Origin: Candidatus Rifleibacteriota bacterium
GTDB taxonomy: Bacteria > Muiribacteriota > Ozemobacteria > Ozemobacterales > Ozemobacteraceae
Length of the DNA stretch: 64,000 bases
NCBI GenBank assembly: GCA_024710355.1
Contig: JANJUX010000012.1
Location: forward strand, 1 to 64,000
Direction of reading: 5' to 3'
The first letter of the stretch is position 1, and each line of letters begins with the position of its first letter. The translations under genes and the position numbers were made by a program. The notes beneath the pieces were generated by a model. That model was not told the DNA's origin. It was given only the letters and a program-made list of their open reading frames with translations, and did not search any database. Below, piece after piece: positions 43,683 through 53,829 of this stretch.

Positions 43683-45296
43683 TCAGGGATAGTCGATGGT
43701 GAAGCCGGGACTGGCCTGGGCGAGGTCACTCGGGCTGGTCAGGTCGGTAAAGATCTTGCCGTCCCCGTTGCCGGGCATGAGTTTCGCAAGAGTGCCGCCG
43801 ATGACCGGCCAGTTTTTGACGCTTTCACGTTTGCTGACGCCCCAGTCGACGATTTTCAGCACGGTTTTGACGCCTTCGGGAAGGTTGACCTGCTTGGTTT
43901 TGTCCATGCCGCCGAGTACTTCGCCGAAAGTGCCAAGGTTCTGATACACCGGTATAAAAATCTTCATCAGAACCATGGTCAGATCTTTGCGGCTGGCGCC
44001 GGTTTCTTTGCCGAGCCTGTCGATGTCTTTCAGCAGTGACAGCCCGACGTTGGCCTTGCTTTTCAGCTCGCGCAGCTTGCCGATACCCCAGCCGGCATTG
44101 AATTTTCCGGCTTTTTTGTCGTCTTCGTATGACTTGTTGGCAGCGGTAAAGCTTTTGAAGCCTTCGTTGCTTTTGATTTTATTGAATACCTTATTCAGCT
44201 TTGCGCGTCCTTCTGGGCCCGGAAAGGCCTTATCGAGAGTTTTGCAGTCAGGAACCAGATCGTTGATGATGAATTCCTGCAGTTTGTTGATATCGGGGCT
44301 GTGACTGTAAGCAACCGCAAAATTCATTACCTTGTCGGCAAGCTGATATTTGTTTTTGGGTTCGAGCCCGTCGATTACCGAGTGCAGGGCGACGATGATT
44401 TTGTCGCGTTCCGGATTCTTGGTGGCGATATTGCCTTTGAAGCCGGCGCCGTCGAAATATGCCTTGCTGACGAGTTCGCTGCAGTAAAAGGCGCGGTCGC
44501 CGTCACTGTTCGAGAATGAGTAATCATAAGGCTTGCCAAGCTGCGCTTCAGCGTAGCCAATCGCCTTTTCAATGATGGCGTTGGCCTGTGAAGCCGGCAG
44601 GCCGTGAGTTGGCCTGACAAGGCGATAATTGCTCCAGTTGCCGATTTCTTCATACCAGGTGCTCATTCGCACTTTGTCGCTGGTCGTGTCTGATTTGTTG
44701 GCAGTGATGCCGACCGCTTCAATGATGATTGGCGGTACACTGTCGACAACCATTGTCGCATGATAATAGGGGCCCTTGGTCATCAGACAGATAAAGTTTT
44801 TGTCGATTGCCTGCTTGTCTTTTGGGCCGTTGAGGAAGATGTCGCCCCGTTTCGTTGCGGTGACCATCTTCACCATTTTTTCATCTTTATTCCAGCGCTT
44901 CGCCCAGTCGAGCATTCTGACAGGGTTGCCGAAGTCGCGCGAATAGTTTCCCTTGCCCTGCGGGTAGAAACTTTTGCAGAGATTCTTGGCCGCCGTCAGT
45001 CCGCCGTCTTTGCCGGTGAACGGCTCTTTGCCTTCGGCGCATCTTTTGAGAACCGGGTAGTAGTAAGGCAGCAGCTGCATGTCGAGAAATTTCTGTTCTT
45101 CTTCGGTAAGGTCTACTGAAGCGCTGGCGTTGATCTGACTGATGTCGAAGCTTTTGCCTGCAGAAATGTAGACATTGTTGACCTGGAAAGGGTTGCTTTG
45201 CTGCGTATTTTGTGCGGCCAGATCGGCCGAAAAGCCGGCGGTCATGACCAGCGCGAGCGCAGTTGCATTGATAAGCCGGCTGAAAGTTTTTTTCAT
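43683..45296 (-). CDS. Secreted hypothetical protein, possible papain-like (NlpC/P60-type or permuted) cysteine hydrolase fold
   Basis: Signal peptide. RAFYCSELVSKAY resembles the catalytic-Cys motif of NlpC/P60 and YiiX-like amidases. Otherwise unassigned. Confidence 0.45.
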   Translation of the reverse strand: MKKTFSRLINATALALVMTAGFSADLAAQNTQQSNPFQVNNVYISAGKSFDISQINASASVDLTEEEQKFLDMQLLPYYYPVLKRCAEGKEPFTGKDGGLTAAKNLCKSFYPQGKGNYSRDFGNPVRMLDWAKRWNKDEKMVKMVTATKRGDIFLNGPKDKQAIDKNFICLMTKGPYYHATMVVDSVPPIIIEAVGITANKSDTTSDKVRMSTWYEEIGNWSNYRLVRPTHGLPASQANAIIEKAIGYAEAQLGKPYDYSFSNSDGDRAFYCSELVSKAYFDGAGFKGNIATKNPERDKIIVALHSVIDGLEPKNKYQLADKVMNFAVAYSHSPDINKLQEFIINDLVPDCKTLDKAFPGPEGRAKLNKVFNKIKSNEGFKSFTAANKSYEDDKKAGKFNAGWGIGKLRELKSKANVGLSLLKDIDRLGKETGASRKDLTMVLMKIFIPVYQNLGTFGEVLGGMDKTKQVNLPEGVKTVLKIVDWGVSKRESVKNWPVIGGTLAKLMPGNGDGKIFTDLTSPSDLAQASPGFTIDYP

Positions 45297-45391
45297 AGGA
45301 ATATACTCCCTGCTTAATCTGCGAAGTAATACCAGAATTATACCCGAAAAATGGCCGGAAGTTTTTGCTTTCTGCCACGAAAAGCTAAAGA

Positions 45392-46657
45392 TCAGGAATC
45401 CTGTTTCTGGAGCCAGAAACGTCGCAGTATGGTCCAGCCGGGCTTATACCACGCGACAGTGCTTTCTTTGGGGCTGTCTGGCTGCGCGGAAGTTTCCGTT
45501 CTGCCGAATCCGACGGCAAAAAGCAACAGATTTATCGCCAGAGCGACCAGGCCGGTGATGATGCCATAGCTGAAAGAGCCGGTCTGGTCAGCAATCAGGC
45601 CGCCGAGGGCCGGCCCGGTAAGGGCTGCAAAGCCGTAGGCGAGGAAGCAGAACGGGTATAGGCCGGCAAATTTGCGGTGCCCGAAAATTTCGACGACGGT
45701 CGAGGCATAAATGACAAAACAGCTGCCGAAAACCATGCCGATCAGAGGTATTGTCGGCAGCGCCCAGGCCGAAAGACTTTCAGAGAGCAGCGGTAGCAAC
45801 GAAATTATAAAGAGGAGATTGCCGGCCAGAATGGTGCGGCGCGAGCCGATGCGGTCGTGAATCTGCCCCCACAGAATTCGACCGGCGATGTTGCCTGCCG
45901 CGAACAGGCTTATCGACATGGTGGCCCAGTATTCGCTGAAGTCGGCGGCCAGCATGATTGCCTTCAGGTTGCTGATGATCAAAAGCCCGGCAAAGGTGCC
46001 GGAAAACATTCCGAAAGCGATACAGGCGAAGTTTTTGGTCAGAATCAGCTTATGCAGAGGCGTGTTGCAGGTGTGATGGTGGTGCCGGTCGTGGTCGGCA
46101 GGCGGCTCGCTGAGAAAGCTGGCGGCCAGAAGTGCGCTGCCCCCAAAAATGAACGATAGAATGCGAAAAGTCATCATCAGGTCATAGCCGATTTCGTAGA
46201 TGAGATACTCGCTGACGGCGCTCATCACAATCGCACCGCCGCCGAAGCCTGCCACCGAAAAGCCGGTGACCAGCCCGCGGTTGTCAGGAAACCATTTCAT
46301 TCCGACAGTCAGCGGGCAGACGTATGCAAAGCCAGTGCCGGCGCCGGTAAGCAGGGCGAAACCGAGCAGCAGCAGGGCGAAATTTCCCTGTGAGAAAGAA
46401 GCGGTCAGATAACCCGCGATAAAAAAAAGGGCCCCGATTGATGCTGTCATCTTGGGACCCCAGGTGTGCAGTTTTCTGCCGGCGTAGACCATGGCCAGGG
46501 TAAAAATGGCGATGGTCAGGCCAAAAATGGCACCACATTCGCCACGGGAAAGGTTGTAGTTCTGGTGCAGCTTTACAGCAAATTCGCTCCAGGCATAGAT
46601 TCCGCCCATCACCGTCTGAATGACGAAACCGGCGGCAAGAACCAGCCATTTTTTCAT
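45392..46657 (-). CDS. MFS transporter, oxalate/formate antiporter (OFA)-like family
   Basis: 12 TM helices. N-terminal IQTVMGGIYAWSEF typical of the OFA family. Confidence 0.8.
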   Translation of the reverse strand: MKKWLVLAAGFVIQTVMGGIYAWSEFAVKLHQNYNLSRGECGAIFGLTIAIFTLAMVYAGRKLHTWGPKMTASIGALFFIAGYLTASFSQGNFALLLLGFALLTGAGTGFAYVCPLTVGMKWFPDNRGLVTGFSVAGFGGGAIVMSAVSEYLIYEIGYDLMMTFRILSFIFGGSALLAASFLSEPPADHDRHHHHTCNTPLHKLILTKNFACIAFGMFSGTFAGLLIISNLKAIMLAADFSEYWATMSISLFAAGNIAGRILWGQIHDRIGSRRTILAGNLLFIISLLPLLSESLSAWALPTIPLIGMVFGSCFVIYASTVVEIFGHRKFAGLYPFCFLAYGFAALTGPALGGLIADQTGSFSYGIITGLVALAINLLLFAVGFGRTETSAQPDSPKESTVAWYKPGWTILRRFWLQKQDS

Positions 46658-46660
46658 TGT

Positions 46661-47020
46661 TTAGTCCTGTTTGTCTGACTCCGGGTTGAGCCCGGGCTTT
46701 GTCTGTATACTGTGAATTTCTGGTGCTCCTTTGAGCAGGAGCAGCAGCAGTTCCCCGATAGTGTGCCCCGATTCGATCGGGTGTCTCAGGTGAAGCGCGC
46801 TGTTGAGGCGATAGCTGTTACAACGCCCGCGCCGGTCAATTTCGAGATAGCCCTCGTGTGTCAGGTCGGCAATGATTTTTTGAACCGCTCTCTCGGTAAT
46901 ACCGACACGGTCTGCGATGTCGCGCATGCGCATTGCCGGATTTATGCTCAGGCAAACGATTACGTGGGCATGGTTGGTGAGAAAGGTCCATTTATGGGTT
47001 TGTTCGCTTTTTTCGACCAT
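46661..47020 (-). CDS. Winged helix-turn-helix transcriptional regulator
   Basis: HTH MRDIADRVGITERAVQKIIADLTHEGYLE. 3 nt upstream of the MFS gene, so probably one operon. Confidence 0.55.
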   Translation of the reverse strand: MVEKSEQTHKWTFLTNHAHVIVCLSINPAMRMRDIADRVGITERAVQKIIADLTHEGYLEIDRRGRCNSYRLNSALHLRHPIESGHTIGELLLLLLKGAPEIHSIQTKPGLNPESDKQD

Positions 47021-47128
47021 TGCGGCTTCCTGACCTGAAAAATTTTACGCGATATAAAATACACGAATTATAGTTCGTGAGTCAAGATTTTTGTTATGCG
47101 GTCGATCTGATGGCCGAAATCCGCCGGG

Positions 47129-48037
47129 CTATTCGGCGAGATTGCGAAAACGATAAAGAGCTGGTGGGGCCGTTTTAAGCAGGGGTCGGAATGCCATCAG
47201 GCCTTTGATATTTTTGCCGGCGCGCAGATATTCGGCAAGATCCTGATCGGTGACCCGGTTGAGTTTGAGCGAAGCGTGGCGCAGCCAGCGTTTCTGATTC
47301 TGCTCGATATAGAAACCCATGTGGGTGACGTCGAGACCTTCTTTGTCGGTCACCATGGCCACAATATCGCCTGACTGAAGCGGTGCCGAGCCATCGAGCA
47401 CTGCGGCCACCGGGAAATACCACATCAGACTTGGTTCGGCAGCAATCATGAAGCGGTCTTCGATGTAGTAGGTGCGGTTATTGCCGACCCGGTTGAGATA
47501 GAGACCGCGGCTGAGGGCCTTGGGGTGGTGCCTGGCGATATCGGTGAGGTAGCCCTTGCGCTCGTTCACGACGCCCCAGTATGACGTGAAGTGATTGCGG
47601 TGATGGTTCATCAGGGGTTTGCCGCCGGCATCGAACATCACGTCGATGAGCCGCAGCAGAAATTCTGTGTAAGAAGCTTTCTGGGAGGCAGCCATGGCGA
47701 GAACGTGCTCGACATAGGTCATACAGTCGAGGTAAGTCAGGTTTGATCTTAAAAACTCTACCGACAGCGGCTTTTCGTTGTTCGCTTCTCTTTTTGCCGG
47801 CTTTGGCGCGTGCTGCTTTTTGATGCGGGTTCTGGTTTCGGGGTGATATTTGCGGCCGAGCAGATATTTTGAGATGAATTCGATGCGACGCTGCGGTGGC
47901 ATACCTTTGGCGCCTTTGATCAGGCTCTCAACTTCGTTGCGGTCGCGCATGCTCTTGAGGTTGACGACCGGCTTGGCGCTTTCCCCGGTGGCCAGTGAGC
48001 ATACAAGCAAAAAAGCGAGCAGCATGATTCTTGTCAT
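47129..48037 (-). CDS. Secreted DUF1460-family protein (N-acetylmuramoyl-L-alanine amidase-like)
   Basis: Signal peptide. Family-typical length and conserved YLDCMTYVEHVLA. Confidence 0.55.
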   Translation of the reverse strand: MTRIMLLAFLLVCSLATGESAKPVVNLKSMRDRNEVESLIKGAKGMPPQRRIEFISKYLLGRKYHPETRTRIKKQHAPKPAKREANNEKPLSVEFLRSNLTYLDCMTYVEHVLAMAASQKASYTEFLLRLIDVMFDAGGKPLMNHHRNHFTSYWGVVNERKGYLTDIARHHPKALSRGLYLNRVGNNRTYYIEDRFMIAAEPSLMWYFPVAAVLDGSAPLQSGDIVAMVTDKEGLDVTHMGFYIEQNQKRWLRHASLKLNRVTDQDLAEYLRAGKNIKGLMAFRPLLKTAPPALYRFRNLAE

Positions 48038-48170
48038 AAATGATTCGACTCCCGTAAAAATCTGAATAGCACAATTCTAACACGACTTTCTGACCGTTTG
48101 AGACTTCTGAAGTTTTGCCATTGGCGCTGAATTGAAGTAGAATCAGACATAACACCGCGAGAGTTGCCCA

Positions 48171-48797
48171 ATGCACACAATCGACCTGACAACCTGGAAA
48201 AGACGCGAGCACTACCAGTATTTCTGCGGTCTTGCCGACCCTTACTGGGGCATTACGACCGCGCTCGACTGCGGCAAAACCTACTGGAACAGCAAACATA
48301 AGGGGCAGTCGTTTTTTCTCAGTTATCTGCACCGGTCACTGCAGGCCCTTAATCAGGTTGAAGAACTGAGGATGCGCATTGTCGGTGAAGAAGTGGTGTG
48401 CTATGACCGGGTCCATGCTTCAACGACGGTAATGCGCCCCGATGAGACCTTCGGGTGCTGCTTCATAGAATTCGTCGATGATTTTGCCGAATTTGCCAGA
48501 GTTGCAGCGGCCGAGATTGAAAAGGTCATGGCAACGACCGGAATGTGCCTGGAGAACGATTATCGGGCTGATCAGGTCTATTACTCAAGCATTCCCTGGC
48601 ATCGCTTTTCGGGGCTGACTTTTGCCAAAGCCCTCAATTCAAGCGATTCTGTGCCAAGAATAACCTTTGGCAGAACTTACGAAGATGAAGGCAAGCTGCT
48701 GCTGCCGGTTGCAATTCAGGTGCACCACGGCCTTGTCGACGGCCTGCATGTGGCAAGATTTCTTGAAGCTTTTCAGCAGCGCCTTGCTGATTTGTGA
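48171..48797 (+). CDS. cat: Chloramphenicol O-acetyltransferase (CAT family, type A-like)
   Basis: WKRREHYQYF matches WHRKEHFEAF. Catalytic region PVAIQVHHGLVDGLHVARFLEAFQ matches CAT [24 protein letters not shown]. Confidence 0.8.
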   Translation: MHTIDLTTWKRREHYQYFCGLADPYWGITTALDCGKTYWNSKHKGQSFFLSYLHRSLQALNQVEELRMRIVGEEVVCYDRVHASTTVMRPDETFGCCFIEFVDDFAEFARVAAAEIEKVMATTGMCLENDYRADQVYYSSIPWHRFSGLTFAKALNSSDSVPRITFGRTYEDEGKLLLPVAIQVHHGLVDGLHVARFLEAFQQRLADL

Positions 48798-48898
48798 CGA
48801 AGAATCGGCCGGAATTTGCCCCTGAACCGATGTTCTGATAGAATAAAAATAGAAGATTCAAAGCAGCCAGTCAGAAATAATCAAAGAGGAGACGGCTG

Positions 48899-50056
48899 AT
48901 GCAGACTGTACACGAATTGCGCAAATTTGTGGCACCTGAATTCATTTTTGGTATAGATGCCCGCAATCTGATTGGTCGCTACGCCGCCAATCTCGGCGCA
49001 GAAAAGGTTCTGATTGTCACAGATCCCGGTCTGATAGCGGCAGGCTGGGTTGATGATGTTGAAAAATGCCTGAAAGAAGAAGGCATTCCGTGGTATGTGT
49101 TTTCTGATGTCACTCCCAACCCGCGCGAAACACAGGTAATGGCCGGCGCCGAAGTTTTTATCAGAGAAAACTGCAACTCAATCATTGCGGTCGGCGGCGG
49201 CAGCCCTCTTGACTGTGCCAAAGGTATCGGCATCGTTGCCGCCAACGGCGGGCATATTCTCGATTACGAAGGCGTCGATGAAGTGCCGATGCCCTGCGTT
49301 CCGCTGATCTGTATCCCCTCAACCTCGGGCGCTGCAGCTGATGTGTCGCAGTTTGCCATAATTTCTGATACCAGCCGCCGGGTCAAAATCGCCATTGTTT
49401 CAAAAATGGTCGTGCCCGATCTCGCTCTGATCGATCCTCGGGTAACCGTTACCATGAGTCGTGATCTGACTTGCTTTACCGGCATGGACGCTCTGGTGCA
49501 CGCAATCGAGGCCTATGTTTCGAATGCTTCTTCGCCAATCACCGATCTGCACGCTCTCGAAGCCATCAGGCTCATTCAGCAGAGCCTGTTGCAGGCAATT
49601 GAGTTTCCGCATAATCTTGAATACCGCAGTCAGATGATGCTGGCCAGCCTTTATGCCGGTCTGGCCTTTTCAAACGCAAGTCTCGGCGCTGTGCACGCAC
49701 TGGCTCACAGCCTGGGCGGTTATGTCGATGCCCCGCACGGTGAAGCCAATGCCCTGCTGCTCGACCACGTGATTTATTGTAATTTCGCCGCCAGCCCTGA
49801 AAAATTCAGGCAGATCGGCCGGATCTTCGGAGCCGGTATCACTGGTGATCCGTTTGCAGACCGCGATTCTCTCTGCAGTGCAATTAATGCCTTCAAGAAA
49901 GCCGCCGGAATAAGCAAAACCCTGTCTGATCTGGGAGTAACTGCCTCTGATATCGGAATTCTTGCAGGCAATGCCTTTAAAGACGCCTGTCTGGTAACCA
50001 ACCCGAAAGAACTGGGTCTCGATGACCTGAAAGGCATATATGAGCGAGCCCTCTGA
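48899..50056 (+). CDS. Iron-containing (group III) alcohol dehydrogenase
   Basis: GGGSPLDCAKG NAD-binding glycine motif. Fe-ligand histidines (HAIEAY..., HALAHSLG). Confidence 0.85.
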   Translation: MQTVHELRKFVAPEFIFGIDARNLIGRYAANLGAEKVLIVTDPGLIAAGWVDDVEKCLKEEGIPWYVFSDVTPNPRETQVMAGAEVFIRENCNSIIAVGGGSPLDCAKGIGIVAANGGHILDYEGVDEVPMPCVPLICIPSTSGAAADVSQFAIISDTSRRVKIAIVSKMVVPDLALIDPRVTVTMSRDLTCFTGMDALVHAIEAYVSNASSPITDLHALEAIRLIQQSLLQAIEFPHNLEYRSQMMLASLYAGLAFSNASLGAVHALAHSLGGYVDAPHGEANALLLDHVIYCNFAASPEKFRQIGRIFGAGITGDPFADRDSLCSAINAFKKAAGISKTLSDLGVTASDIGILAGNAFKDACLVTNPKELGLDDLKGIYERAL

Positions 50057-51662
50057 TAAAGACAGAAACAGCCTGCGTTCGAAAATCATCGGTCTGGGAG
50101 AGCGGTCGCACAAGAAAAGTTACTACCCGGAGCTGATGAAAAAGCTCAAGGAGCTTGAAAGATTTCGCGCTATTCTCGACCAGAGCAATGACTGCTTTTT
50201 CATGCTCAGCTTTCCGGAAGGTCGGCTCATCGAGTCGGGTATTACCGGGCGCAACATGTTTTTTCAGCAGGCCGATGAAGGTACCGGAAAAAGCTTTATC
50301 GACCTGGTAGTGCCGGCGCAGCGCCGCCAGATCGAAGACTTTTTCGCCGCGGCCGGCCGCTCTGAAAAGGATGAGCTGACAGTCGAGGTCGATCTGGTTA
50401 CCGGAAAAAGCGAAGAAATTCCCTTCGAAATCAAGCTGAAGAAGGTCAGTTTCGAAAACGAGTTCTATTTTATTGCGGTTGCGCGCGATATTTCGTTTCG
50501 GCGCAAATCAGAAGAAAAGCTGATTGAAGCCCAGAAAATGGATTCAATTGGCAATCTCGCGGCGGGTATTGCCCACGATTTTAACAATATGCTCTGCGGC
50601 ATAATGGGTTTTTCGACACTCATGCTGCGCAAAGAAAAAGATCCGGAAAATATTCTGTTTCTGCAGAATATCGTCAACTGCGGCAAAAAAGCCGGTGACC
50701 TTACCTCAAAGCTTCTTGCCTTCGGCCGGCGGGGTAAAAAAGTTGTTGAACCGGTTTCTCTGAACGAAATTGTTACCGGTGTTGTGGCTCTGATGCTCGG
50801 CAGTATCGACAAGGCCGACGAAATAGAAATAAAAACTCTCCTTGTGCCTGACTTGTGGCAGATCGAGGCAGATCCGGCCCAGATAACTCAGGTTGTGATG
50901 AATCTCTGTGTCAACGCCCGCGAAGCTATCAGTGGCCGCGGCCGCATTACGGCTTCAACCAGAAACCTGCATCGCGAAGACCTGAACGTGTCTCAATACC
51001 CGGAACTTAACGGTGAGAGATTTGTTGAACTTGTTGTGTCTGATACCGGGCACGGTATTGATGAATCGTTGAAGACCAGAATCTTTGAACCATTTTTTAC
51101 GACCAAACAGGATGGCGAAAAAAAAGGCACCGGGCTTGGTCTGGCAATGGTTTATGGCATTGTGCGCAGTCATCGGGGCGCAATCGATCTGCAGTCTGAG
51201 CCGGGCAAAGGTGCTGCTTTTCGTGTCATTTTTCCGGTTTCTGGTCAGGTCAAGACTGAAGAAACAGTGCAACAGAAGACTACACCAGGCTCGGGCGGTA
51301 CAATTCTTGTGGTCGAAGACGAAAATTCAGTTCTGGTAATTCTTGATGAAATTCTGCGCAGACTTGGTTACCAGACTCTGCTGGCCGCCGACGGCCGGCG
51401 CGCTGTCGAGGTATTTAAAGAAAATTCGGCAGCTGTCGATGGTGTGGTCCTTGATATGCGCCTGCCACTGTTATCTGCCCGCGAGGTTTTTCTGGAGATG
51501 CAAAAAGTCAGGCCAGACGTCAAAGTGCTTTTGACCACGGGTTATGGCAACAATGTCGAAGCGCAGGAACTTGTTAAAATGGGCGTGCATGGCGTTCTGC
51601 TCAAACCTTTCAACATGAAGGAAGTCGAAGCAATGGTTTACGACCTGGTGAAGAAGGTCTGA
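50040..51662 (+). CDS. Hybrid sensor histidine kinase (PAS - HisKA - HATPase - REC)
   Basis: H-box AGIAHDFNNML. G-box GTGLGL. C-terminal receiver (ILVVEDE...VVLDMRLP). Start overlaps the 3' end of the ADH gene by 17 nt; a later start is possible. Confidence 0.75.
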   Translation: MSEPSDKDRNSLRSKIIGLGERSHKKSYYPELMKKLKELERFRAILDQSNDCFFMLSFPEGRLIESGITGRNMFFQQADEGTGKSFIDLVVPAQRRQIEDFFAAAGRSEKDELTVEVDLVTGKSEEIPFEIKLKKVSFENEFYFIAVARDISFRRKSEEKLIEAQKMDSIGNLAAGIAHDFNNMLCGIMGFSTLMLRKEKDPENILFLQNIVNCGKKAGDLTSKLLAFGRRGKKVVEPVSLNEIVTGVVALMLGSIDKADEIEIKTLLVPDLWQIEADPAQITQVVMNLCVNAREAISGRGRITASTRNLHREDLNVSQYPELNGERFVELVVSDTGHGIDESLKTRIFEPFFTTKQDGEKKGTGLGLAMVYGIVRSHRGAIDLQSEPGKGAAFRVIFPVSGQVKTEETVQQKTTPGSGGTILVVEDENSVLVILDEILRRLGYQTLLAADGRRAVEVFKENSAAVDGVVLDMRLPLLSAREVFLEMQKVRPDVKVLLTTGYGNNVEAQELVKMGVHGVLLKPFNMKEVEAMVYDLVKKV

Positions 51663-51811
51663 CGGATGTCTGCCCCCTTACCCGCCTTCTGAACTTCTTC
51701 TGAAAACCACAAAACTGTTCTGCCAACTGACGACCGTTTCTGATATATTCATTCCGTTAATCCGCTATTACCGCTTTATTTGTCAACAGTTTTACAGGAA
51801 AGCAGAACCAT

Positions 51812-53104
51812 ATGGAAAACGGATCCGTTGCAGAAAAGAAAACCACCGGTAACCCCTGGCTCTTTGTGCCATCGCTGTTCTTTCTCGAAGGCATACCTTA
51901 TTTTATCGTCAGCACCGTTTCGGTGACCATGTTCAAGCGCCTCGGCATTTCGAACGCCGAAATCGGCCTCTGGACAAGCCTTATCACCTGGCCCTGGATT
52001 CTCAAAATGCTCTGGGGCCCCCTGGTTGAATCGACCTCGACGAAACGCAAATGGATCGTCGGCACGCAGATACTCGGCATTATCACCATGCTCTGCGTCT
52101 CGATGACGATTACCATGGAAAACTTTCTGACGCCGACCCTCGTGGTTCTGACGATTCTGGCGTTTCTTTCGGCTACCCATGATATTGCCGCCGACGGCTT
52201 CTATATTCTCGCCCTTTCGCCTGAAGATCAGGCTTACTTCGTCGGTATTCGCGGCACAGCCTATCGACTTGCCAACGTTTTCTGCAATGGCGGCCTGATT
52301 TATCTGGCAGGAACCTTTGAAGCGATGCCTGGTGCCCTGATCCCGCTTGCGTGGCGCAACGTGCTGATCGTCGCGGCGCTCGTCTACCTGTTTTTTATCG
52401 TTGTCGGTTACCTGGCAATGCCGAAGCCGCGCAAAGACGCTGACAAGCATGAGTCGTTTCCCTTTAAAGAGGCTTTTGCCGAATATTTTTCGCAGGCGAA
52501 ACTGCCGATCGTGCTTGGCTTCATTCTGCTCTATCGCTTTGGCGAGTCGATGGTCAGCAAGATGTCGAACCCTTTTCTCATCGATACGGTCGAAAAGGGC
52601 GGGCTGGGCATGACCACTTCTGAGGTCGGTTTTGTGACCGGCGTTGTCGGGGTAGTGGCGCTGACGCTGGGCGGCATTATCGGCGGCATGGTCATTTCGA
52701 AATACGGCATCAAGAAGTCATTGTGGCCGATGGTGCTGGCGATGAACGTGCCGAATCTCCTCTATATCTGGGCCGCAACCGTGCAGCCCGCCAAAATCTG
52801 GGTGACACTGATCGTTGGCTGCGACCAGTTCGGCTATGGTTTTGGCTTTGCGGCCTACATGGTTTATCTGATGTTCATCACCCAGGATTCGAAATACCCG
52901 ACCGCGCATTACGCCATTTCAACCGGCCTGATGGCTCTGGGCGCAATGACCGCCGGCATTACCAGCGGTTACGTGCAGCAGAGCACCGGCTATGTCGGTT
53001 TCTTTATTGCAACCCTGGTGCTGGCAACCCCCGGTATCCTGCTGCTGCCGTTTCTGCCGCTCGAAAAAGAAGATCTGCACATCGCCCCGGTCGATATCGA
53101 CTGA
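51812..53104 (+). CDS. ampG: AmpG-family muropeptide MFS permease
   Basis: 12-TM MFS with an AmpG-like N-terminus (LFFLEGIPYFIV..., WPWILKMLWGPLVE). Confidence 0.7.
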   Translation: MENGSVAEKKTTGNPWLFVPSLFFLEGIPYFIVSTVSVTMFKRLGISNAEIGLWTSLITWPWILKMLWGPLVESTSTKRKWIVGTQILGIITMLCVSMTITMENFLTPTLVVLTILAFLSATHDIAADGFYILALSPEDQAYFVGIRGTAYRLANVFCNGGLIYLAGTFEAMPGALIPLAWRNVLIVAALVYLFFIVVGYLAMPKPRKDADKHESFPFKEAFAEYFSQAKLPIVLGFILLYRFGESMVSKMSNPFLIDTVEKGGLGMTTSEVGFVTGVVGVVALTLGGIIGGMVISKYGIKKSLWPMVLAMNVPNLLYIWAATVQPAKIWVTLIVGCDQFGYGFGFAAYMVYLMFITQDSKYPTAHYAISTGLMALGAMTAGITSGYVQQSTGYVGFFIATLVLATPGILLLPFLPLEKEDLHIAPVDID

Positions 53105-53215
53105 AGTTTGCCTGATTGCCGGCCGCGCCTGATTTTTAAAGGATTTATCAGTCGTTGCCGCACTCATTACCGGAACGGGAACATTCAGTAATCTTATTCT
53201 TCGAGGTAGTAGTCT

Positions 53216-53797
53216 TTATTTGCCGGGTGACTGTTTGAGCTGGCGGATTTCGGCTTCGAGTTTTTCTTTGAGGGCGGTCATCTGGCGCAGGTCGTTTTTG
53301 AGTTTGTCGATAAGTACCTGCGATTGCAGAGTGCTGCTTTCGATCATCATTTTTTCCTGCTGCAGTTTTTCTATTTCATCTTTCAGGCGGGAGTTTTCTG
53401 CTGCAAGATCAGACCCGGACTCAGAGCTTGAATTGGGTTCCGAGTCCGAATCCGATTCGTCTTTATCTGTAGTGGGCAACGGTTCTTTTCTTGCCTGCCA
53501 GGCGGTGGTGTTTTTCTTTTCTTCTTTTGGGGTGGCCGGGGTATCGAGTTTCACATTGATGACGCTGGTCCAGCCGGTACGGCCATCTTTCAGCTGCACT
53601 TTCAGCCATTTTTCGCCCTGGCGTTCGAGAACCGTGAATTCTTCGCCGGCTGTCGAAGAAAAGAGAAGTTTTGCTTTGCTGTCGGGCTTGTCTCTGACAT
53701 TGCCTTCAGAATCAAGAAATCTGCCGGTCTGAGCGGCGTTAAGGCTTGTGGTGAACATTAAGGCGGCAAGGGCCAGCGCCATGAAAGGTTTTCTCAT
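53216..53797 (-). CDS. Secreted SH3b domain + acidic linker + coiled-coil protein
   Basis: Signal peptide. SH3b-like block. C-terminal heptad repeats. Confidence 0.5.
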   Translation of the reverse strand: MRKPFMALALAALMFTTSLNAAQTGRFLDSEGNVRDKPDSKAKLLFSSTAGEEFTVLERQGEKWLKVQLKDGRTGWTSVINVKLDTPATPKEEKKNTTAWQARKEPLPTTDKDESDSDSEPNSSSESGSDLAAENSRLKDEIEKLQQEKMMIESSTLQSQVLIDKLKNDLRQMTALKEKLEAEIRQLKQSPGK

Positions 53798-53829
53798 TCG
53801 ATTCTCCTTATTCTCTTATTATGCCTTTT

